Assembly (NCBI GenBank): GCA_964537615.1
Contig: CAZIBX010000001.1
Coordinates: 1,929 to 65,928 of the forward strand
Source of the DNA: an uncultured Pseudomonadales bacterium
GTDB taxonomy: Bacteria; Patescibacteriota; Microgenomatia; UBA1400; PJMF01
Direction of reading: 5' to 3'
DNA: 64,000 bases
Within the stretch, counting starts at the first letter, position 1. Every line of letters begins with the position of its first letter. The notes beneath the pieces are model-generated. The model was not told the DNA's origin and made no database searches. It was given only the letters and a program-made list of their open reading frames with translations. Positions 55,839 to 64,000 of this stretch are shown here, in pieces. A program made the position numbers and the translations under genes.

Positions 55839-57950
55839 TTAAGGCTTTGTGGTAGGAGTAGGGGTCTTCGCGCTGATGGAGGCCGTGTTCACCTCCAAAC
55901 CACTGGCTTGATTAACCACTTGTTGTGAGCTTTGAGTCACGTTTTGGGAGGTAATACTCTGGCCGCCTAGTAGTTTGCCGGATTGAGTTGATTCTTGTCG
56001 AGTGACGATGGCCTTATCTAGTTCTTCCAGTTGTTTATTAACGCTGATGTAGTCATCGCTCTCTGGTTTGAGTAAGTTGAGAGCGTTGTTATAACTGGTT
56101 TTGGCCGCCTGCAGATCACCGGCTTGATTGAGGGCCACGGCCAGATTAAAGTGAGCATTGGCCAGATCCGGTTTAAGACTCACGGCTTGGTTAAAAAACG
56201 GCACGGCTTGTTGTGGCTGGTTATTGGCCAGAAAGATACCACCCAAAGTAATCCTTAAATTGGGGTCACTGGGGCTGGTCTCTATAGCTTTGACGTAGGC
56301 CTGGACCGCCCATTCCCGAGCATCTGGGGCTGTACTGATCATGTTTTGGTAGATTTGGGCCAAAACCTGCCAGTTTTGAGTATCTTGAGGATCAAGTGTG
56401 GCCGCCGCCCTGGCTTCTCTGATGGCTTGTTGGAGTAGGGTAGCAGTTTGGTTTCTATCTTCTGTTGTCGCATCGGTTTTATTGGACAAACTGGCTGCCA
56501 AAAGTAAGTTGGTTAAGGCGAAACGCCGACGGTTGATGTCCAGATATTGGTTGAGCTGAACAGAGGCCAGGTTATTGTTATAAACCCCCACTCCGTCGTT
56601 GCTGTTGGCCGCCATAGTGGCACGATAAGCGTAGACTTGAGATACGTAGGTGCGTCCCACCAGGTAAATTAAAAAGCCCAGACCCAGCACTACAACTGTA
56701 GCCAAACCAACACTGACAGGACTGAAGTGAGGTTGATTGGTTTGAGTGCGGTTTAATAATCTGGTTAGTAAGTTTTGGTTGCTGTCTGCAGATTGCAGTT
56801 CCAACTTAATCAAGTGTTGTGACAATTTACCATGTCTGGCCCAGACTGCCAAAAACACCGCCAACAGAGACAGTAAAACCGGATTGGGAGGAGTCAGTAC
56901 CAGCAGTCCCAGTAATGTCAGTGTTCCCCAGACGATCGGTTTGACATCGGGTTCTAGTTTGTTTTTGCCTACGGCTTTGACCAGACCTACTACAAACCAC
57001 AACCAGACCACCAGGCCGGCCAAACCCAGGGTGGGCACGATGGTTAGTGGCCAGTTATTGGCTGTACCAAACTGCAAAGCCCAGTTGTTGGTGCCATTTA
57101 CCCAAGCAGGTCGGTAAAGTAAGTATAAGTTGGAGTAACTAGCCGGGCCGTGACCAAAAAGGGCTGATCTGGGTTCTCGCATGCTATCCAGGGCGATGGA
57201 CCAGGACGCTTTCCAGTCTGGCAGAGACAGTTGGGCTGGCTTGTCACTCCATAAAATCCAGACTTGAATGGCCAAACCCACCACCACAATAGGCAGAGTA
57301 ATCAACCAAAATTTGGACTTAAAGTTTTGTTGCCATAGTGAAACAATGCCCACCACACCGGCTACCAGACAAACCTCAATTCCCACCAAGATTGATCCCG
57401 TCAGACTGAAACCAGGTGTGTTGGCAATTTGCAGTCCAGAAATTTGCTGTAATACCAAACTGGGGCCAAAACCGGCCGCCTGGGCCAGAGCCATTATGCC
57501 CAGTCCGGCTCCGGTTATGCCTATCGTCCAACTGATTTGATTGGCCGAGTGACTGGTCAGCAGTGGACTAAGAGTGATAGTCAACAACATCAACCCAGTC
57601 ATTACTCCTCCCATGCCCAGCAGTGACTCGATCGGGTAGGGGCTGGCCAGGAAAGTGCTGACCAGGTACATCAGGCCAAATACAAACCAAGGCAACAAAA
57701 ATGGCGCAGATGACAGCTCCAATTTTCTTTGATATAAGCTTTTGATCAAAAATCCTCCCAAACTGATCAAACCAACCAGGAAAATCAGGTAGTATTTAGT
57801 TTGATTCAGGGGATTATCCGTAAACGGAACAATTAAAAACACACTGGTAATAATCAAAACAACTGCCAAAAACAAACCCAACAGCTCAAAAGCTGGGGAG
57901 TGATTTTTGGGTGAAAAAATGGAGTTAAACATACCGGTCCAGTATAGCAA
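55839..57950 (-). CDS. Polytopic membrane protein (O-antigen ligase/Wzy_C-like) with C-terminal TPR repeats
   Basis: About 12 predicted TM helices over the first 450 aa, a large loop, then TPR-like repeats (…AHFNLAVALNQAGDLQAAKTSYNNALNLLKP…). The family call is tentative. Confidence 0.45.
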   Translation of the reverse strand: MLYWTGMFNSIFSPKNHSPAFELLGLFLAVVLIITSVFLIVPFTDNPLNQTKYYLIFLVGLISLGGFLIKSLYQRKLELSSAPFLLPWFVFGLMYLVSTFLASPYPIESLLGMGGVMTGLMLLTITLSPLLTSHSANQISWTIGITGAGLGIMALAQAAGFGPSLVLQQISGLQIANTPGFSLTGSILVGIEVCLVAGVVGIVSLWQQNFKSKFWLITLPIVVVGLAIQVWILWSDKPAQLSLPDWKASWSIALDSMREPRSALFGHGPASYSNLYLLYRPAWVNGTNNWALQFGTANNWPLTIVPTLGLAGLVVWLWFVVGLVKAVGKNKLEPDVKPIVWGTLTLLGLLVLTPPNPVLLSLLAVFLAVWARHGKLSQHLIKLELQSADSNQNLLTRLLNRTQTNQPHFSPVSVGLATVVVLGLGFLIYLVGRTYVSQVYAYRATMAANSNDGVGVYNNNLASVQLNQYLDINRRRFALTNLLLAASLSNKTDATTEDRNQTATLLQQAIREARAAATLDPQDTQNWQVLAQIYQNMISTAPDAREWAVQAYVKAIETSPSDPNLRITLGGIFLANNQPQQAVPFFNQAVSLKPDLANAHFNLAVALNQAGDLQAAKTSYNNALNLLKPESDDYISVNKQLEELDKAIVTRQESTQSGKLLGGQSITSQNVTQSSQQVVNQASGLEVNTASISAKTPTPTTKP

Positions 57951-57996
57951 TCCAAGGGCTGTGGCGCAAGCCCAAAATAATATACAATCTTAAACT

Positions 57997-58482
57997 GTGA
58001 GCAGACAATCCAAGGGTTTTACTTTGATCGAAATTTTGATAACTGTGGCTGTTTTGGCCGTTTTGATTGTAGTGGGAATTTGGTCGATGCGCAGTTATAT
58101 TTATCGGGCTCAAGATGCTCGGCGCAAATCGGACTTAACCAAACTTAAACAGATTTTTCAGGATTACTACAACGATCATGGCGAGTATCCTCCGACTGAT
58201 GTTTTGCAAAACTACTGTCAAAATGGCTCCAATCCGGTGTTAAGCTCTTACCGAACCCAACTGGCTTGTGACCCGGTAACTAAACAAGCGTATTTATACT
58301 TCACCTATCCTGACTCCACCACTCGTACGGCTGGATTTCGCTTGATGACCCGGCTACACAATTTGGATGACCCGGCCATCACTCAACTCAAGTGTCAACC
58401 TGATCAGGGTTGTGGCTTGGGCTTGGGATATGAGGCCTATGTTTATGGTGTGTCGGAGGGTGTGCCGGTCAGTGCGTTGTAA
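57997..58482 (+). CDS. Type IV pilin / pseudopilin (prepilin-type N-terminal cleavage/methylation motif), GTG start
   Basis: N-terminus …SKGFTLIEILITVAVLAVLIVVGIW has the class III signal (G|FTLIE) with Glu at +5 and a hydrophobic helix. Confidence 0.8.
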   Translation: MSRQSKGFTLIEILITVAVLAVLIVVGIWSMRSYIYRAQDARRKSDLTKLKQIFQDYYNDHGEYPPTDVLQNYCQNGSNPVLSSYRTQLACDPVTKQAYLYFTYPDSTTRTAGFRLMTRLHNLDDPAITQLKCQPDQGCGLGLGYEAYVYGVSEGVPVSAL

Positions 58483-58550
58483 TTTGCACCTGATTGAGTT
58501 TGGGCCTACAATGAGTTGGGTTAACTTCCAACTGAATTAGCCCTGAAATT

Positions 58551-59114
58551 ATGATGGAATCAGTCTCTCGCCAAGAATCAAAACATAAATCTCTGGGTTT
58601 TACCCTGATTGAGTTGTTGGTAGTGGTGGTAATTTTGGGTGTTTTGGCAGCTGTCGGTTTGGGGGCTTATCTATCTGGTCAGACCAAAGCTCGTGACGCC
58701 AGACGCAAAAATGACCTCAAATCCATTACGGCGGCGCTTGAGGCCTATTACAATGACACCAGAAGTTACCCCCAGTCCAGTTCCGGTCAAATTATGGTTG
58801 ATGGTTGTAGTTTGGGAGTGTGTAGTTGGGGTAGTGAGATGAAAGACAGTGTCGGTACTACCTACATGGTTCAGTTGCCTCAAGACCCCAGGTCTAGTTG
58901 GGATTATTGCTATGTTGATCAGCAAGGTGGTCAGGCCTACTTGCTTTTGGCCAGACTGGAGAACTCTCAAGACAGCATTATTCCCCAAGTTGGGGGGCAG
59001 AACGGCTACTATCTCACCGCCGACTTGGGTTGTAGTCAAGTAGTAGGTAGTAACTATAATTATGTGGTAGCCAGCTCCAACGCCACTCTGCCTACCGCCG
59101 AATTGGAGCCATAA
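58551..59114 (+). CDS. Type IV pilin / pseudopilin
   Basis: …SLGFTLIELLVVVVILGVLAAVGLGAYL prepilin motif. Cys pairs in the C-terminal domain. Confidence 0.8.
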   Translation: MMESVSRQESKHKSLGFTLIELLVVVVILGVLAAVGLGAYLSGQTKARDARRKNDLKSITAALEAYYNDTRSYPQSSSGQIMVDGCSLGVCSWGSEMKDSVGTTYMVQLPQDPRSSWDYCYVDQQGGQAYLLLARLENSQDSIIPQVGGQNGYYLTADLGCSQVVGSNYNYVVASSNATLPTAELEP

Positions 59115-59119
59115 AACTT

Positions 59120-59587
59120 ATGTCAAATAACAACCAAATCAAGCGAGGTTTTACTTTGATCGAACTGCTGGTAGTCATCACCATTATCGGGATTTTGGCT
59201 ATCGTCTTGATTCCCAATATGGTCGGTATGCGCCAAAGAGCCAGTGATAACTCTGGTAAACAACAACTGACCCATCTCAAAGACGCTCTCCGGCTTTACT
59301 ACAATGATTATCAGTCTTACCCCTCAACCGGTTTGAACAATGCCATGAATGGTTGTGGCGACGGAGATGATGCTTGTGTCAATGGTGGTGACTTTTCTGC
59401 CAATGGCACACTTTACTATAAACAACTGCCGGCAGAGTTTTGGTATGAGCAAACTATGTCTGGCGATGGTTTTGTAGCTTGGATCGAGCTCCAAAATGCT
59501 TCTGATCATGAAATTGCCGAGAGTGCCAGCCGGTGTAACAAAACGCCAGCAGTTGGTGATACTTATTACTACGTTTGTTCTTATTAA
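59120..59587 (+). CDS. Type IV pilin / pseudopilin
   Basis: …KRGFTLIELLVVITIIGILAIVLIP prepilin motif. Cys-containing C-terminal domain. Confidence 0.8.
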   Translation: MSNNNQIKRGFTLIELLVVITIIGILAIVLIPNMVGMRQRASDNSGKQQLTHLKDALRLYYNDYQSYPSTGLNNAMNGCGDGDDACVNGGDFSANGTLYYKQLPAEFWYEQTMSGDGFVAWIELQNASDHEIAESASRCNKTPAVGDTYYYVCSY

Positions 59588-59594
59588 TTTTTTT

Positions 59595-62500
59595 CTATTG
59601 CACGATCCACCAACTGAAGTGAATATCTTCAGTTACCGGAGTGTCGATACCGACCACAAACCTGCCGGTGTTTTGGTTGGAGTGAGCAGTTTTGGACTTG
59701 ACGTAGATGACTTGATTTTGAGTACTGCCTTGGGGAGTAATCTGGACAATCGATTGGTCATTGATAACATTGTTGTTGATAGTTAACTCTGTTGTGCCGG
59801 CTGTCAAAACGGCTGTGCCGGCGGTTTTGTTGGCCTGTAGTTGAGCTGACTCACTAGACGGTGGAGCGCCCAGATTTTCTGATCCGACTCCGATCCCGCC
59901 GGCAAACTGGGCCTGGCCTGTGGCAGAAATAGTGGCTACCGGCGCACCTAGCTCGTTGACGATCTCAAATCTGGACTGTTTCAGCTCTCCAGATTGAGTG
60001 GAGAGACCGGCTACCTGGACTTGGAAGGGGTTGCCAAAATCAACCGGTTGAATCAGTCCGGTCAGTAAAGTTTTGCCCACTGTTAAGTTATCTTGAACAG
60101 CTAGTGAGCCCTTGATCTCCACTTGACCGGTTTGGTCCAGAGTCATCAGCCCGGCCAAAAGTTCAATCCGGCCTTGACCAGAGGGTTGGATTTTCAAAGT
60201 TTGGCTGTCATGATCAGAGTGAAGGGCGATGTAGTCATAGCCGATCTCCATCTGGGTGCCTACCCGCAGTTTTCCGCCGATGCCCATCATGTCAGCCACA
60301 AAAGCCGTACCATTAACTTCAAAGTAGTGAGTCAAGTAAGCGGCGTTGGCTCGCAGTGAAATGCCGTTTTCTGGCAAACTGACATCAATTAAACTTTGGT
60401 TAGTTTGACCATCGGCCGAGCTGGTAGCTTCAATGCCGGTAGAAATGACGGCGGCATACAGTTGATCCAGACTGGCCGAGGTAGAGCTACTGGAACTATT
60501 ACTGACATTGAGTAAATCTTTGAGTGATGGTTGGCTAAAAGCGTCGGCAATTTGTTGGTCCAGATTGGCGATGTTATCAGCGTACAGAGTACCAGAGACT
60601 GTGGCTTCAACCAGCTCGGCCGTTGTGGCTTTGATTTGAGATAACTGGGCCATGCCGGCTTCCAGCTGGGCAATTCTGGCGGATTGAACAGTCAGTTCAC
60701 CACCAACTGAAGCATCGCCGGAAACAATCAACTCACCCAGAGCTGTTTGACCAGACACTTCTAAGTTTTGAGCTTGTGTATTTTGAACCTGAATGGTTTC
60801 AGCTTGAATATTTTGGGCTGTCAAAGTGTCTGTCACCAACAGGTCAGCCAGAGCTGAACTGGTAGCCGGCTGTGGAGTAGGTGATGGTGTAATGATGGGT
60901 TGATCGGCGATGTTGGTGTTGCTGATGTTGTTCTTGATGTAATCAGCCAGTTTTTGACCATCTATAGTTAGTTCTTTGACATTTAACTGGTTAATGTTGG
61001 CCAATTGGTTGACAACCAGATTTTGCGTCTGTACCAAGCCAGTTGTTAAAGTTGTTTTGATAGATTGAGTCAAATCAGATACGGTATCTGTCCAATAAGC
61101 TATTGTAGAAGTGAGACCACTTACTTGAGAGGCAACCATGGAATTATTGTTTTCGAAATGATCAAGTAAAGATTGATACTCTTTATGCACCCCTTGAATT
61201 CCCAGCACAGCATACCCCAGCGTGTTGACGGGATTAACAATTGTGCCGTTATGATGCATGGCCCATGATGATTCATCAGCCATCACACCCACATACTGTG
61301 TATCACTGTCCAGTGTTCCCATGCCGGGTTTGTAGTGAAAGTTATAAACAGTAGTCTTGAGTATTTTGTCTAAAGCATCTTGATAATCAGCTACTCCGTT
61401 TATATTTTTAAGCTCTCTTTGTGATCCTGCTGCAGCCCAAGATGTGACGCCGGATCCGTTAGTTTGAAGTTGCTGACCACTGTTACCGGCACCATTGGGT
61501 AGAGTCATAGTCCATACACCAGCTGAAGCTGCGACGCCAAGAGTGACATTACCAGAACCACTACCAGCAAACCTCATCACACCAGCTGTGTTACCGGCTA
61601 GACCTAAATCGAGCATGACTCCAGGACTGGAGTTGCCAATTCCCACTCTTTGTCTAAACCAAGCTGTGCCTCCCACTCCCAGGTTACGACTGATAGAGAC
61701 ACCAGCACCAAGGAAGGAAGTATTGGAGTATGAACCCATGATACCGGTAGTGACTATATTATCTGCTCCTGTATCAATCGCACCAAAGCCAGAAGCAATC
61801 GAACCACTAGTTAAAGCTCCTACTTTAGTTAAAGATGAGTTAACTACGTTATTACCAAGAGTAGTAGCATCAAGAACTGAAGTACCAGCTATATAGTAGG
61901 CATTACCAGTGAGTAGATTAACATTTCCTCCCACACCTAGAGCATAACTAGAAGCTGTTTGACCTATACCTACATTACCTGTGAAGTTAGCTGTGCCTCC
62001 CACTCCCAAGTTACCACTGATAGAGACACCAGCACCAAGGAAGGAAGTATTGGAGTATGAACCCATGATACCGGTAGTAACTATGTTTTCTGCTCCAGTA
62101 TCAATAGCTCCAAAGCCAGAAAAAATACAATCTTTCCAAGCTCCACCTTCATAGCAGCGAAACTTATTATTGGTTGAGTTGTAGTAAGTGGCGCCATTAA
62201 CTTGTATGCCGGTTGGGTCACTAGTCCCGTAGTCCAGAACCAACAGGTCTGTATCAGTGGTATTCTGATCACCGATATTTACCCGGGCCGAGGAAGAGTT
62301 GCCACCGGGGGCTAGCGTCAAATGTTCACTGCTTGGCGTAGTAATATCGTTGACAGCGTTATTGAAGATCAGACCACTTGAGCCGATAGATTTATTATTA
62401 AGAGTCTGGGTGGCATTTAATCCAACAAAAGTATCATTGGAGCCAAAGTCCGGTACTAAATATGTTCGCTGGGCAGCTGGATTGGCAAAACTGATTGTTG

Positions 62501-64000
62501 TTAAGTTGGTCGTGGGAATTTCCAGAGAAGTAGTACCTAGTTGAACGTTGTTATTTTGACTTAACTTGATCAAGTTGATATCGGCCGAGTCAGCTGCGTT
62601 TCTGGCAGTGATCCAAGTGTTATTTTTGAGAGATATATCACCGTTTGGATTAATTCCCAGGTTGGGGTCAAAGTAGCCCAAGTTAATAAAAACCAGGATT
62701 TTGCCCACTGCCGCCGTATCGGCGTTGGAGTAACTTTCTAGTGCTCGGCCGATGATATAACCGGGATTGGTAGCTTTGGTCCCGATACCGGCTACACCAC
62801 TACTAGTGATGGGATCGCCCGGGGCAATGTTACCGTTGGCACTGCTGACTTTAACTGGTACCCGGCCTGAAATGGATACATCAACATCACCATACTTATC
62901 ACCTCCCAGACTTTTTTCTGATGAGGTGGATACGACCCCGATTAGTTTTTCATCACCAGATTTAGTAGCTTTTTCAATCAGTCCGTTAGCACTATTGATA
63001 GCCACAATATCACCGGAAACAGCAGTCACACCTGATGAGAGTAAATATTTTTGTGACACATCTGATTCACGGACGCTGTCGGGCAACGCCTTTTTTTCTT
63101 CCTCCTTTTGTTCTCTGGTAGTGATGGTGGAGTTACGTTGTGCCAAATGACCAGAAATAACGGAATCCACGGTGGGTTTCACAACCAGTTCATCCAGCGA
63201 GTTAACGGTAGTTGTTTCAACAATCAATTCTGCCGGGTCAATGCCGAAATTTTGTGCGATAAAACGCATGGCCCAAAACCTGCCGGCTTCGTAATAACGT
63301 GATTCAATCTTTTCCAGGTCGCTGATTTGATCAAAGCTGGAAAGCCAGCCCCTTTTGTTGACAATGTAGTTGCGAAGTAGATCGGTAATTGCCTGTTGAT
63401 CGGAGGCGGACAGCTGATTGATAAAATTAGATAACTGGGTGACCGTCAAGGGTTTGACTGAAGCAAAACGCTGGCCAGATTTAAGAGAGGTGCCGATAAA
63501 TGGGTTGGGATTGGCCGGATATTCCTCTGGATTGACTGGATCTTCACTCTGCCAGACATTGGCAATGGTTCCGCCAGCATTAACCACTGTCCAGATAGTC
63601 GGATGGTCTGATGCAGTCACATAACGCCAGCGGATATCAAAACTACCACTGACACAGCTCATGTTGATTATCCTGAATCTACCTACAGTGTCATTGGTGG
63701 CGTTTGCCAGAAAAACATTGAGTTGTCCTGACGTGTCATCACAGTCATCGGCTTCAATGCTTGGGAAAAATGAGTAATCATTCATGGCCACATCAAGGTT
63801 TCCGGTACCGGCTGTTGATGAAGTGGCAGTCTTTAACTCTCCTTGACCTACTGCGCTGGCCCCGATATCGCCTTGACCTAGACAATCAGAGCAAGAAAAA
63901 TCACCGGCCGTAACTGTACCAGTGAAGTTGGCGGCACCCGTTACACCCAAGCTGTAACTACCATTGGCGGTTTGACCGATTCCGACATTTCCCACAAATC
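59595..64000 (-). CDS. Giant Gly-rich fibre-like surface protein with an internal phage tail-fibre intramolecular-chaperone (peptidase S74-like) segment; N-terminus beyond window end
   Basis: Frame open from 59595 to the window edge. The N-terminal half is repetitive (GNVGIGQTA..Y.LGV.G..NFTG repeats). The mid-protein segment …SQRELKNINGVADYQDALDKILKTTVYNFHYKPGMGTLDSDTQYVGVMADE… resembles the S74 chaperone motif (SDRRLK…Y.Y…G.iAqE). About 680 aa of Thr/Gln/Ser-rich sequence follow. Confidence 0.6.
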   Translation of the reverse strand, partial: FVGNVGIGQTANGSYSLGVTGAANFTGTVTAGDFSCSDCLGQGDIGASAVGQGELKTATSSTAGTGNLDVAMNDYSFFPSIEADDCDDTSGQLNVFLANATNDTVGRFRIINMSCVSGSFDIRWRYVTASDHPTIWTVVNAGGTIANVWQSEDPVNPEEYPANPNPFIGTSLKSGQRFASVKPLTVTQLSNFINQLSASDQQAITDLLRNYIVNKRGWLSSFDQISDLEKIESRYYEAGRFWAMRFIAQNFGIDPAELIVETTTVNSLDELVVKPTVDSVISGHLAQRNSTITTREQKEEEKKALPDSVRESDVSQKYLLSSGVTAVSGDIVAINSANGLIEKATKSGDEKLIGVVSTSSEKSLGGDKYGDVDVSISGRVPVKVSSANGNIAPGDPITSSGVAGIGTKATNPGYIIGRALESYSNADTAAVGKILVFINLGYFDPNLGINPNGDISLKNNTWITARNAADSADINLIKLSQNNNVQLGTTSLEIPTTNLTTISFANPAAQRTYLVPDFGSNDTFVGLNATQTLNNKSIGSSGLIFNNAVNDITTPSSEHLTLAPGGNSSSARVNIGDQNTTDTDLLVLDYGTSDPTGIQVNGATYYNSTNNKFRCYEGGAWKDCIFSGFGAIDTGAENIVTTGIMGSYSNTSFLGAGVSISGNLGVGGTANFTGNVGIGQTASSYALGVGGNVNLLTGNAYYIAGTSVLDATTLGNNVVNSSLTKVGALTSGSIASGFGAIDTGADNIVTTGIMGSYSNTSFLGAGVSISRNLGVGGTAWFRQRVGIGNSSPGVMLDLGLAGNTAGVMRFAGSGSGNVTLGVAASAGVWTMTLPNGAGNSGQQLQTNGSGVTSWAAAGSQRELKNINGVADYQDALDKILKTTVYNFHYKPGMGTLDSDTQYVGVMADESSWAMHHNGTIVNPVNTLGYAVLGIQGVHKEYQSLLDHFENNNSMVASQVSGLTSTIAYWTDTVSDLTQSIKTTLTTGLVQTQNLVVNQLANINQLNVKELTIDGQKLADYIKNNISNTNIADQPIITPSPTPQPATSSALADLLVTDTLTAQNIQAETIQVQNTQAQNLEVSGQTALGELIVSGDASVGGELTVQSARIAQLEAGMAQLSQIKATTAELVEATVSGTLYADNIANLDQQIADAFSQPSLKDLLNVSNSSSSSTSASLDQLYAAVISTGIEATSSADGQTNQSLIDVSLPENGISLRANAAYLTHYFEVNGTAFVADMMGIGGKLRVGTQMEIGYDYIALHSDHDSQTLKIQPSGQGRIELLAGLMTLDQTGQVEIKGSLAVQDNLTVGKTLLTGLIQPVDFGNPFQVQVAGLSTQSGELKQSRFEIVNELGAPVATISATGQAQFAGGIGVGSENLGAPPSSESAQLQANKTAGTAVLTAGTTELTINNNVINDQSIVQITPQGSTQNQVIYVKSKTAHSNQNTGRFVVGIDTPVTEDIHFSWWIVQ
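61663..61795. repeat. Intragenic direct repeat, copy 1 (~135 bp)
   Basis: ~90% identical at nucleotide level to 61985–62123. Encodes the duplicated peptide FGAIDTGA[ED]NIVTTGIMGSYSNTSFLGAGVSIS.NLGVGGTA. Confidence 0.8.
61985..62123. repeat. Intragenic direct repeat, copy 2 (~135 bp)
   Basis: Near-identical to 61663–61795, offset by 322 bp, inside the giant fibre gene. Confidence 0.8.

Overview
This 64 kb window looks like part of a small, streamlined bacterial genome with a Gram-positive-type envelope; the gene content is consistent with a CPR/Patescibacteria (Saccharibacteria-like) organism, but that placement is an inference. Four blocks stand out. (1) Positions ~1.5–27.2 kb hold a ~26 kb type IV secretion (T4SS)-like locus. 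It opens with a tandem array of 11 paralogous small proteins that share a conserved C-terminal two-TM anchor (W-x-I-E-W-I-T-S-G-G-D-K-G-K-x-E-x-A-R-N) and carry hypervariable, often Cys-rich or Pro/Thr-rich ectodomains. The array is followed by a GH5-like secreted hydrolase, a VirB6/TrbL-like polytopic membrane protein, a membrane-anchored M23 peptidoglycan endopeptidase, a VirB3/PrgI-like protein and a VirB4-like ATPase. No relaxase or VirD4 coupling protein is visible in the window, and the locus ends directly at the replication origin. (2) The oriC neighbourhood follows: dnaA (with DnaA boxes on both sides), dnaN, rpmH, rnpA, yidD, yidC, jag and rnhA. (3) A housekeeping stretch carries rplY (L25/Ctc), valS, a VanW-like protein, a sugar-type solute-binding protein, radA, a threonine aldolase, an alpha/beta hydrolase, an EEP nuclease/phosphatase, rho, a LysM–M23 peptidase and obg. 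It is interrupted by an AT-rich islet at ~36.4–38.2 kb that holds a frameshifted ORF pair and 520 bp of unexplained non-coding DNA. (4) At the end, three type IV (prepilin-type) pilin genes sit next to a giant (>1466 aa, runs off the window) Gly-rich fibre-like surface protein on the opposite strand. That protein has an internal phage-tail-fibre-like (peptidase S74-like) intramolecular-chaperone segment and near-identical intragenic repeats. No rRNA, tRNA or CRISPR array was recognised. The most unusual elements are the diversified pilin-like array feeding the T4SS-like apparatus, a repeat-dense 450 bp non-coding spacer at 11.6–12.0 kb, an AT-rich 990-aa ORFan embedded in the locus, and the fibre/pilin surface module.
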